The notes below the pieces were generated by a model. That model searched no databases. It was not told the DNA's origin and saw only the letters and a list, made by a program, of their open reading frames with translations. A DNA stretch of 64,000 bases from Macrostomum hystrix. Its lineage: Eukaryota; Animalia; Platyhelminthes. Positions 34,318 through 45,480 of the stretch are shown piece by piece; within the stretch, counting starts at the first letter, position 1; every line of letters starts with the position of its first letter. A program made the translations under genes and the position numbers. The DNA lies in contig CATNEN010000010.1 of NCBI GenBank assembly GCA_950097015.1, positions 2,914,001-2,978,000 on the forward strand, given 5' to 3'.

Positions 34318-37300
34318 ATGGCGCTGCTAATTAAGTCGCTTGCCGCTGGGACCACCGGCTTTGAACTTAACGTTTCTGCCATGGCCTGCACAGACGTCAT
34401 TCACAATGAGACGTGAGACTGTCTGTTTTTGTACTGTTCACTTTGTGAGCCGTTGCTCTGCTACATTTAACCCATGCGATGGCTTGATTGGGCTGATTCA
34501 GACATTAATTGCCATCGAGTAATCTGGAGCCCCCATTCTCACGGCTTTATTTTCATTCAGTCACTCCTCTGCGATCGTTCACACACATTCAGTCACTCTT
34601 CTGCGATCATGCACTCACACACATTCAGTCACTCTTCTGCGATCACTCACACATTTAGTCACTCCTTTGCAACCACAATCAATAATAGTCACTCCAGGTC
34701 GCTCAGTCACTCTCAATCGCTCCGCAGGCTGTGGGACGGCAGTTTCGACACGCGCTGCCAGCTGGTGAACGACGCGGAGAGTTGCTTGTTCAACGACGGC
34801 CACATTGAGTACATTCTTGGCATGTACTGTACATTCAGGAATGTGCTGCCGCTGGGTGTCACGCTAATGGTGCGCTGCTGTGGTTTCAAATTTATGCAAC
34901 AATGAAATATTGATTTCACTCACTCACTCAGTCACTCACTCACTCACTCATTCACTCAGTCACTTACTCAGTCACTCACTCACTCACTCACTCATTCACT
35001 CAGTCACTCACTCACTCAGTCACTTACTCAGTCACTCACTCACTCACTCATTCACTCAGTCACTCACTCACTCACTCATTCACTCATTCATTCACTCAGT
35101 CACTCACTCACTCACTCAGTCACTCATTAATTCACTCACTCACTCACTCACTCAGTCACTCATTCATTCACTCACTCACTCAGTCAGTCACTCATTCATT
35201 CACTCACTCACTCAGTCACTCAGTCACTCAGTCACTTACTCACTCACTCACTCACTCATTCACTCAGTCACTCAGTCACTTATTCATTCACTCACTCACT
35301 CACTCACTCAGTCACCCAATCAGTCACTCTCACTCACTCACTCAGTCACTCTCTCACTCACTCACTCACTCACTCATTCACTCAGTCACTCAGTCACTTA
35401 TTCATTCACTCACTCACTCACTCACTCAGTCACCCAATCAGTCACTCTCACTCACTCACTCAGTCACTCTCTCACTCACTCAGTCACTCACTCATTCACT
35501 CAGTCACTCATTCACTCAGTCACTCACTCAGTCACCCAATCAGTCACTCTCACTCAGTCACTTACTCACTCACTCACTCACTCATTCACTCAGTCACTCA
35601 GTCACTTATTCATTCACTCACTCACTCACTCACTCAGTCACCCAATCAGTCACTCTCACTCACTCACTCACTCACTCACTCAGTCACTCACTCACTCACT
35701 CAGTCACTCACTCACTCAGTCACTCACTCACTCACTCACTCTCACTCACTCACTCACTCACCATGAATTTACATTCTCAGTTCCTGTGGCTCATTCTGAT
35801 GCTGATTGGGCTGGCAACAACTGCCGATGTATTGTAAGTGCCAAACTTAGCAAGTCTTTGACCGTCTGCAGTAAAGCGTTTGCTGAAGCGTAGCTAAAAC
35901 CAGAGCTAAATGTGAATGCCGTCCTTCAGCTTCGGGCCCTGCCTGATTGTGATGGCTGACACGATGCGGCTGAGCCAGAATGTGGCCGGCGTGACTCTCC
36001 TAGCCCTCGGCAACGGCGCCCCGGACATCTTCAGCGCGATCTCCTCCATAACCACCCTGAGAGACGGAGATGCCGGCCTGGCATTCGGGGCGTTGCTGGG
36101 TAAATTTTAACCTACTTTAGCAGTTCGCAACCCGCCTCGTATCATTTGGGAACGCCCTCATGCTTTCAAATGGGATCCCTTAAATTGATCTCACCTCGCG
36201 TCATCCGCTGCTGTCATCAGGCGCTGGCATCTTCGTGACATCCGTGACCGCCGGCGCCATTGCCATCGTGAAGCCATTCACGGCCATGTCTAGGCCTCTC
36301 CTGAAAGACATTGTGTTCTACATGCTAACCATTTTCTGGGCGTTCATCGTCATGTTCAAGCAGTCAATCACTCTGGCTGACTCCATCGGCTTCATTGTGC
36401 TGTACGCACTGTACGTGATACTGACCGTGGTGTCCCGGGCTCTCTACGCCAAGGGCTTTGGCTCTAGCAGCAAAGAAGCTATGGCAGCCGAGGAAGTCGC
36501 CGAGGGCAAGGCCGTGGTGAGCGACTAGAGCCTGCATCCATTCATTCATCCATCCCTCCATCCGTCCCTTCACCCCTCCCTTCATCCATCCCTTCACCTA
36601 TCCCTTTATCCATCACTTCCCCCATCCCTTCATACATCCCTTCACCCATCCCTTCAATCCATCCCCTCCCCCATCCCTTCCCCCATCCCTTCATCCATCC
36701 CTTCAATCCATCCCTTCCCCCATCTCTTCCCCCATCCCTTCATCCATCCCTTCAATCCATCCCTTCCCCATCCCTTCACCCATCCCTTCAATCCATCCCT
36801 TCATCCATCCCTTACCCCATCCCTTCCCCCATCCCTTACCCCATCCCTTCCCCCCATCCCTTCCCCCATCCCTTCACCCATCCCTTCCCCCATCCCTTCC
36901 CCCATCCCTTCCCCCATCCCTTCAATCCATCCCTTCCCCCATCCCTTCCCGCATCCCTTCCCCCCATCCCTTCCCCCATCCCTGGGGGTGAGTGGCAGAG
37001 CGGTTAACGCGTTTGCCTCTCGCACCACGGTCCCTAAGTTCGATTCCACGGCGAGGCCACATTTATTTGGGGCGCAGCCGCGGAGAGAAGGCTTGGGGGC
37101 TTGTCGTGCAATTGACGCCCTTGAGGGCCAACCTCCAAGACACAGTGAAGTGTACACTGCCTGACGATGAGAAAGTCAGGGCAGATGTACACACCTGTGT
37201 GAGCATATGCCTGCGTACAGTATTTGTGTGCGTGTGTGCTCAGGAGTCAGCGAAATGGGCAGAATTGCCTCCTCGCTGGCTGCGGGTCTAGTGTCACTAA

Positions 37301-40300
37301 ATAATGTGCCATTGCCCGCAGCCCTCCTGCAATTATTATTATTATTATTCCCCCATCCCTTCCCCCATCCCTTCCCCCATCCCTTCCCCCATCCCTTCCC
37401 CCATCCCTTCCCCCATCCCTTCCCCCATCCCTTCAATACATCCCTTCAATCCCACCCTTCAATCCATCCCTTCAATCCATCCCTTCCCCCATCCATTCAT
37501 CTATCCCTTCACCCATCCCTCATCCATCCCTTCACCCATCCCTTCATCCATCCTTTCCCCCATCCCATCCATCCCTTCATCCATCCTGCATCCATCCCTG
37601 CATCCATCCCTTCATCCATCCCTTCATCCACCCTGCATCAAATTTTCTCAGTCCAGCGAGGCCTCCAGCGGACCCGCATTTCGCATGCGCAGCATCAGCG
37701 ACATCGCGAACGCCAATGTAAACGCGGCCTACAAGGCGGACGCTAACGAGGCCGGCGGCGCTGCCTACGATACGCAGCAGCGAAGGTCGGATGCCGAGGC
37801 CGGCTATGACACATCACTGGACTTTCCAGGCGGTCTGCTTCGGGCTGAGGGGTCCGGAGACGACTCCAAGGCGCCGCGGTGAGACCCAATATGAGTTGGT
37901 TTTCAAGCCATTATAGAACCGCTTTAATAATAAAAAAAATTGCAGGAGGGTTGTGGGCAATGGCACACCGTTTGGTGACACTAGAACCGCAGCCAGCGAG
38001 GAGGCAATTCTGCCCATTTCGCAGACTCCTGAGCACACACGCACACAGATACAGTACACAGGTACTCACTCACACAGGTGTGTACATCTGCCCTGACTTT
38101 CTCATCATCAGGCAGTGTACACTTTCACTGTGCCTTAGAGGTTGGCCTTCAAGGGTGTACATTGGACGACAAGCCCCCAAGCCTTCTCTCCGCGGGTGCG
38201 CCCTAAATAAATGTGACCTCACCGCGGAATCGAGCTTAAGGACCTTGGTGCGAGAGGCAAACGCGTTAACCAGTCAGTCTGCCACCGACCCCCTATAAAT
38301 ATATATCTGGGTTAATAGCTGGCTGGTTTACGCTTTACGAGCTACAGACTATAAAATATTCTATGGTTAAAGTTAGTTTTATTTCAATTGGCGCCCTTGC
38401 AGCTCGCGCCGCTTTCAAGAACTCGACGTCTACAGCTCGCCGAAGACGTCCTCCGCGAGTCGCCGGCCGTCCCACCTGGACGAGCGCATGAAGCGCGTGT
38501 CGCGGGTCCAGATGCAAAAGCTGTCCCGCGCCAACCAGGAGTCCTTCGGCTCCGGCGACAATGTCGTGTCCGGCGGCAACCGGAAGCGATCCGACGTCGG
38601 CCGGAAAGTGTCCACGGCCAGCTTCACCGGGGTGGAGCGGCGGGCGAACTACCTGACTCGCTGGATGCTGGGTGAGGCTGCGCTCCCGTGTAGTCCAACG
38701 GTCTCGAACAGACCACAAAATGCGGATTAGGATCCACATTAGATCGTAATTAGATCGTAATTAGATAGAAGGACAATAGAAGGATCAAAATCCCTAAATG
38801 AGGATTAGGATCCGAAAAGAAGGATCAAAATCCCTAAATGAGGATTAGGATCCGAAAAGAGGGATTAAGATCCCAAAATGAGGATTAGGATGCGAAAAGA
38901 AGGATCAAAATCCCTAAATGAGGATTAGGATGCGAAAAGAGGGATTAAGATCCCAAAATGAGGATTAGGATGCGAAAAGAAGAATAAAAATCCCTAAATG
39001 AGGATTAGGATCCGAAAAGAAGAATCAAAATCCCAAAATGAGGATTAGGATCCGAAAATAAGGATCAAAATCCCAAAATGAGGATTAGGATCCGAAAGGA
39101 AGGATCAAAATCCCTAAATGAGGATTAGGATCCGAAAAGAAGAATAAAAATCCCTAAATGAGGATTAGGATCCGAAAATAAGGATCAAAATCTCAAAATG
39201 AGGATTAGGATCCGAAAAGAGGGATTAAGATCCCAAAATGAGGATTAGGATCCGAAAAGAGGGATTAAGATCCCAAAATGAGGATTAGGATCCGAAAAGA
39301 GGGATTAAGATCCCAAAATGAGGATTAGGATCCTAAAATGAGGATCAAGATCCTGAAATAAGGATTACGATCCCAAATTGAGTATTCGAACCCCTCAATG
39401 ACATAAAAGCTTACATCGGGGTGACTGGCAGAGCGGTCTAACGCATTTGCCTCTCGCACCAAGGTCCCTGAGCTCGATTCCGCAGCGAGGCCACGTTCAT
39501 TTAGGGCGCGGGAAAAGTTTTTGGCGGCTTGTCGTGCATTTTGCGCCCATGAGGGCCAATCTCAGTGAAATTAGGAAGTCAGGGCAGTTGTAAATACCTC
39601 TGTGAGCATGTGCTAGCGTAGGGAATCTGTGTGCGTGCGTGCTCACGAATGATGTGCCAGTGCCCGAGCTCTCCTGCAGTTATTATTGTTAAAGAGTCAC
39701 CCACCCCTCCACCACTTAGTGTACGGCAACCTGGAGCAGGTGGAGCACCGCAGCCGCACTCCGTCTCAGTCTTCCTACGACGGCTCACCGGCGGCAGCCG
39801 CTGTGGCTGCATCCAGCTCGCAGCCGACTCGATCTGTTAGCGTTGCTCGCCAACCATCGGCCTTGAAGCAGCAGCAGCAAGCTGACCGACGGAGTTCCGA
39901 ATCTGACAGGCCGGGCGGCAGCGGGGGTCCCAGCGGAGTCATGGCGCGGCCAGGATACAAACTGTCTGCTGGCCTCCGCATGGACGGTGAGTCAGAGCCA
40001 GATCTGGGTGCACTCTTAGCCTTGGCTGTGTACATTGCTCTGACTTTAAGGAAGGAGTTGACTGTACATTGCTCTGACCTTGGGGAAGGAGTTGACTGTA
40101 CATTGCTCTGACTTTGGGGAAGGAGTTGACTGTACATTGCTCTGACTTTGGGGAAGGAGTTGAATGTACATTGCTCTGACTTTGGGGAAGGAGTTGACTG
40201 TACATTTCTCTGACCTTGGGGAAGGAGTTGACTGTACATTGCTCTGACCTTGGGGAAGGAGTTGACTGTACATTGCTCTGACCTTGGGGAAGGAGTTGAG

Positions 40301-43300
40301 TGTACATTGCTCTGACCTTGGGAAAAAGTTATGGTACACTTTTACATTTCTCACATTTTTAGCGGCAGACGCCTACTTCAACAAGAAGGAGATCGATCAG
40401 CAGGCTCGCAAAAAGTCTCAGCAGCAGCAGCCGCAACCGCCGCCGCCGCAGCAGACACGAGTCAGCCAGTCCCGCCCGGTCCAGCCATTGCCGCCGACTT
40501 CGCAGCAGACACAGCAGGACGACGAAGATGGTAAATATCTTGTGTGGCCGACTTGACACCCCGGTGGGAGATCTTGTGGGATCTATTTGTGATTTTGTAC
40601 AGTTTCTAGAATTAGAAAGTGCAACTGGAAAGAATCCCATCTGGTTCTTCCACAGACGCGGGACCCCAGCACCAACTGTACCGAATCGACTCCGTGGACG
40701 AGGCCCTGGATGATGACACGGTGGACCGGCTGAATCGTCTCAACCAGCAGCGCATGCTGGAGGAGAAGCAACGGGAGAGGGAGGAGCGAGAGGCCGCCGC
40801 GGTCGCAGCCGCCGAGTCGAGTCGCGAGGCAGCTCAGGCGGGGGAGGCTGGGGAGGGAGACGAGACAGATGAGAACCAGAGCCCCGTCAAGGAGTTTCTG
40901 TACAGCCTGGTGCCAGTGGACTTGGAGGAGTTTTCGGAGATGACCTGGTACAACAAGGTCTATGAGATTATCAAGGTAGGCCTCTGAGTAGCTATCTGAT
41001 AGATATCTGATAGAGTAGCTATCTGAGGATGTGGATTGAGCTGACTAGTTAACTGAGGATGTGGATTGAGCTGACTAGTTAACTGAGGATGTGGATTGAG
41101 CTGACTAGTTAACTGAGGATGTGGATTGAGCTGACTAGTTAACTGAGGATGTAGATTGAGCTGACTAGTTAACTGAGGATGTGGATTAAGCTGACTAGTT
41201 AACTGAGGATGTGGATTGAGCTGACTAGTTAACTGAGGATGTGGATTGAGCTGACTAGTTAACTGAGGATGTGGATTGAGCTGACTAGTTAACTGAGGAT
41301 GTGGATTGAGCTGACTAGTAACTGAGGATGTGGATTGAGCTGACTAGTTAACTGAGGATCTGGATTGAGCTGACTAGTTAACTGAGGATCTGGATTGAGC
41401 TGACTAGTTAACTGAGGATCTGGATTGAGCTGACTAGTTAACTGAGGATCTGGATTGAGCTGACTAGTTAACTGAGGATGTGGATTGAGCTGACTAGTTA
41501 ACTGAGGATGTGGATTGAGCTGACTAGTTAACTGAGGATGTGGATTGAGCTGACTAGTAACTGAGGATGTGGATTGAGCTGAGTATTTAACTAATGATAA
41601 TAAATAAAAATCCTAAGGTTTATCTGAAAAATTGGCCCGCAGGCGCCGCTGCTGTTTCTGCTGCTTCTGTCCACTCCCTGCGTGGACTATGACCAGCCCA
41701 TGAACGGCTGGAGCCGCATCCTGAACTCCGTGCACTGCGCTATCGCCCCGGTCTTCATCTCCCTGGCCTTCAAGGGTATCGAACTCTGGCTCGCGATAGC
41801 TTTTGCTCCAGGGCTTTCAGAGAACTCCGCTTTGACATAAAAACCTCCCATTATAGTTCAAACCCGCAATTTCAGCTTCAAAACCCACACTTTCAGCTTC
41901 AAAACCCACACTTTCAGCTTCAAAACCCACACTTTCAGCTTCAAAACCCACAATTTCAGCTTCAAAACCCACAATTTCAGCTTCAAAACCCACACTTTCA
42001 GCTTCAAAACCCACAATTTCAGCTTCAAAACCCACAATATCAGCTTCAAAGCCCACAATTTCAGCTTCAAAACCCACACTTTCAGCTTCAAAACCCACAA
42101 TTTCAGCTTCAAAACCCACACTTTCAGCTTCAAAACCCACACTTTCAGCTTCAAAAACCACAATTTCAGCTTCAAAACCCACAATTTCAGCTTCAAAACC
42201 CACAATTTCAGCTTCAAAACCCACAATTTCAGCTTCAAAACCCACAATTTCAGCTTCAAAACCCACACTTTCAGCTTCAAAACCCACACTTTCAGATACA
42301 AAACCCACACTTTCAGCTTCAAAACCCACACTTTCAGATTCAAAACCCACACTTTCAGCTTCAAAACCCACACTTTCAGATTCAAAACCCACAATTTCAG
42401 CTTCAAAACCCGCACAAAGGACCTCAGAAGCCTTGAATTTGAACTTGAAAAGCCGCAATAAATTTCAAAATCTCCAATTTGCACTAAATCAAACAGGGTA
42501 CTCGTGGCTAATTCCCTTCGAGAATGGCGCTGGCTTCCCCGTGGTTGTCATCGTGTTTCTGGTCGGCCTAGCGCTCGGCCTGCTTGTGTACTTCACCTCG
42601 TCCGACTTCGAGCCACCGAAATACCACGCCGCGTTTTCATTCGTCGGCTTCCTGACCGCTATCGTGTGGATCTACACCTTTGCCAACGAGGTCGTGAACA
42701 TCCTGGAGAGCATCGGCGCCATCTTCCGCATCAGCAGCACCATCCTTGGCCTGACTGTGCTAGCCTGGGCCAACTCCATCGGAGGTGAGGAGTGTTGCGC
42801 TCTGGGTTCGAATCGGCATTCAAGTTTTCTACCCAATGTGCACTTTAGAATATTACGGCTCGTACATGTATTTGCTTTTGCCTCACAGCTCCTCGCTCGA
42901 TACTCTAAGTAGGTAAGCGTTCGATAACGGATTTGGCATCGAAAAGCAACTAAAAAAAGTTAAGCCAAGCCCAGTTGGGCCATATATGTACAGATATGTA
43001 CAGGCACAGCCACATCTATTGCGCGGCTAATCCAAAGGCTGTGTGTACAGCCATTTTGTTGGTACTGTGTAAACTGAAGCAATGGTGCATTCAGTGTCTT
43101 TCTCATGGACACAGAAACTATTTCTCTTGAGTTGGGAATCGAACTCTCGACCTCCCAGTCAGAAGTGCGATGCTCCCACTGGGCTACGAGCTCCGTTACT
43201 TAGCTCACCAAGTAAATGGTAGAGCACTAATAAAGATGAGTAACGCATTTCGTTTCGTTACTTCTAAAAAAGTAACTGAAATTGCAGTTAACGTCGGCCC

Positions 43301-45480
43301 TCATTTTCTTATCGGCGCACAGATGTGATCTCCAACACGGTGCTGGCCAGGCAGAATTTCCCCCGCGTGGCCATCTCCGCCTGCTTCGGCGGCCCCCTAT
43401 TCAACCTGCTGCTCGGCGTTGGCATCCCCTTCACCATCAAGCTGCTGAGCGAAGGCAAAACTGAGATGCGGGTGAGCGGCCTCGGGACTCCAGCCATCTC
43501 AGCACCTCCTGTGCACTGCTCACTCCCCCCTTACTGCTCTCTGTCAATCCACTTGTCACTGTCACTCTCCCATCCCGTCACTCTCCCATTCCGTCACTCT
43601 CCCATCCCGTCACTCTCCCATTCCGTCACTCTCCCATTCCGTCACTCTCCCATGCTGTCACTCTCCCATCCTGTCACTCTCCCATGCTGTCACTCTCCCA
43701 TGCTGTCACTCTCCCATGCTGTCACTCTCCCATGCTGTCACTCTCCCATGCTGTCACTCTCCCATGCTGTCACTCTCCCATGCTGTCACTCTCCCATGCT
43801 GTCACTCTCCCATCCTGTCACTCTCCCATGCTGTCACTCTCCCCTCCTGTCACTCTCCCATGCTGTCACTCTCCCATGCTGTCACTCTCCCATGCTGTCA
43901 CTCTCCCATGCTGTCACTCTCCCATGCTGTCACTCTCCCATCCTGTCACTCTCCCATGCTGTCACTCTCCCCTCCTGTCACTCTCCCATGCTGTCACTCT
44001 CCCATCCTGTCACTCTCCCATGCTGTCACTTTCCCATGCTGTCACTCTCCCATGCTGTCACTCTCCCATGCTGTCACTCTCCCATGCTGTCACTCTCCCA
44101 TGCTGTCACTCTCCCATCCTGTCACTCTCCCATGCTGTCACTCTCCCATGCTGTCACTCTCCCATCCTGTCACTCTCCCATGCTGTCACTCTCCCATGCT
44201 GTCACTCTCCCATGCTGTCACTCTCCCATGCTGTCACTCTCCCATGCTGTCACTCTCCCATCCTGTCACTCTCCCATGCTGTCACTCTCCCATGCTGTCA
44301 CTCTCCCATCCGTAACTCTCCCATCCAGTAATTCTCCCATCCTGTCACTCTCCCATGCTGTCACTCTCCCATGCCGTCACGCTCCCATGCTGTCACTCTC
44401 CCATGCCGTCACTCTCCCATCCAGTAATTCTCCCATCCTGTCACTCTCCCATGCTGTCACTCTCCCATGCCGTCACTCTCCCATCCAGTAATTCTCCCAT
44501 GCTGTCACTCTCCCATGCTGTCACTCTCCCATACTGTCACTCTCCCATCCTGTCACTCTCCCATGCTGTCACTCTCCCATGCTGTCACTCTCCCATCCTG
44601 TCACTCTCCCATGCTGTCACTCTCCCATGCTGTCACTCTCCCATGCTGTCACTCTCCCATGCTGTCACTCTCACATCCTGTCACTCTCCCATCCTGTCAC
44701 TCTCCCATGCTGTCACTCTCCCATGCTGTCACTCTCCCATCCGTAACTCTCCCATCCAGTAATTCTCCCATCCTGTCACTCTCCCATGCTGTCACTCTCC
44801 CATGCTGTCACTCTCCCATGCCGTCACTCTCCCATCCTGTCACTCTCCCATGCCGTCACTCTCCCATCCAGTAATTCTCCCATCCTGTCACTCTCCCATG
44901 CTGTCACTCTCCCATGCCGTCACTCTCCCATCCAGTAATTCTCCCATCCTGTCACTCTCCCATGCTGTCACTCTCCCATGCTGTCACTCTCCCATGCCGT
45001 CACTCTCCCATCCTGTCACTCTCCCATGCCGTCACTCTCCCATCCAGTAATTCTCCCATGCTGTCACTCTCCCATGCCGTCACTCTCCCATGCCGTCACT
45101 CTCCCATCCAGTAACTCTCCCATGCTGTCACTCTCCCATGCCGTCACTCTCCCATCCAGTAACTCTCCCATGCTGTCACTCTCCCATGCCGTCACTCTCC
45201 CATCCAGTAATTCTCCCATCCTGTCACTCTGGACAAGCGAGTCTCGCCCCAGACAGCCGCAGTCGCGCCCCACCCGCAGATCGAAGCCTCGGTGGTCCAG
45301 CTGCTGCTGGTGGTGTCAGTCACGGCCAGCCTGATCGTGTCCATGGTGTACCTGACTGTGATGCGGTTCAAGCTGGGCCGAGTGTACGGCATCATTCTCA
45401 TTGTGCTCTACCTGGCCTTCCTAGTGCTGGCGCTGCTGGCCGAGACCGACCAGCTGCCGAAGCTGGTGGCCAGGGCCTGA
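34318..45480 (+). CDS. SLC8B1: NCLX/SLC8B1-like cation/Ca2+ exchanger (CCX family), 14 exons, ~925 aa
   Basis: Alpha-1 [16 protein letters not shown] and alpha-2 [13 protein letters not shown] signatures, plus [15 protein letters not shown]. Phase-consistent exons: 34318-34412, 34728-34869, 35781-35833, 35930-36099, 36221-36516, 37652-37878, 38403-38671, 39720-39986, 40363-40530, 40656-40975, 41643-41775, 42497-42784, 43323-43471, 45280-45480 (2778 nt). The start codon is less certain. Confidence 0.9.
34915..35762. repeat. Degenerate (CACT)n microsatellite
   Basis: About 850 bp of CACT/CATT/CAGT tetramers in intron 2 of the exchanger gene. Confidence 0.95.
36533..37635. repeat. C-rich (CCATCCCTT/CCCCATCCCTTC) minisatellite split by a SINE insertion
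   Basis: Arrays at ~36533-36983 and ~37349-37635 flank the SINE. Confidence 0.9.
36984..37348 (+). mobile_element. tRNA-derived SINE (family B), copy 2, full length with (TTA)n tail
   Basis: Head GGGGGTGAGTGGCAGAGCGGTT, B-box GTTCGATTCC, tail ATTATTATTATTATT. Confidence 0.9.
37925..38292 (-). mobile_element. tRNA-derived SINE (family B), copy 3
   Basis: Reverse-complement homologue of 36984-37348, including the T/TTA tail. Confidence 0.9.
38770..39370. repeat. Minisatellite, 40-bp unit, ~15 copies
   Basis: Unit AGGATTAGGATCCGAAAAGAAGGATCAAAATCCCTAAATG. Confidence 0.95.
39418..39690 (+). mobile_element. tRNA-derived SINE (family B), copy 4, diverged and internally deleted
   Basis: GGGGTGACTGGCAGAGCGGTCTAACGC...CTCGATTCC...TCCTGCAGTTATTATT. 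Confidence 0.8.
40025..40325. repeat. Minisatellite, 34-bp unit, ~9 copies
   Basis: Unit GACTGTACATTGCTCTGACTTTGGGGAAGGAGTT. Confidence 0.95.
41023..41582. repeat. Minisatellite, 30-bp unit, ~18 copies
   Basis: Unit GAGGATGTGGATTGAGCTGACTAGTTAACT. Confidence 0.97.
41868..42415. repeat. Minisatellite, 21-bp unit, ~26 copies
   Basis: Unit TTTCAGCTTCAAAACCCACA(C/A). Confidence 0.97.
43020..43196 (-). mobile_element. tRNA-derived SINE (family A-like), partial
   Basis: Reverse complement has A-box TAGCCCAGTGG, B-box GTTCGATTCC and CORE-like TGTGTCCATGAGAAAGACACT...CATTGCTTCAGT, resembling 5221-5420. Confidence 0.6.
43555..45228. repeat. Minisatellite, 16-bp unit, ~100 copies
   Basis: Unit GTCACTCTCCCATGCT filling the last intron of the exchanger gene. 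Confidence 0.97.

Noticed and set aside
43500-45230. 388-aa extension and other HSP/LSH-repeat ORFs
   Set aside because: Read-through of the donor at 43472 into the 16-bp array; the true last exon is 45280-45480.
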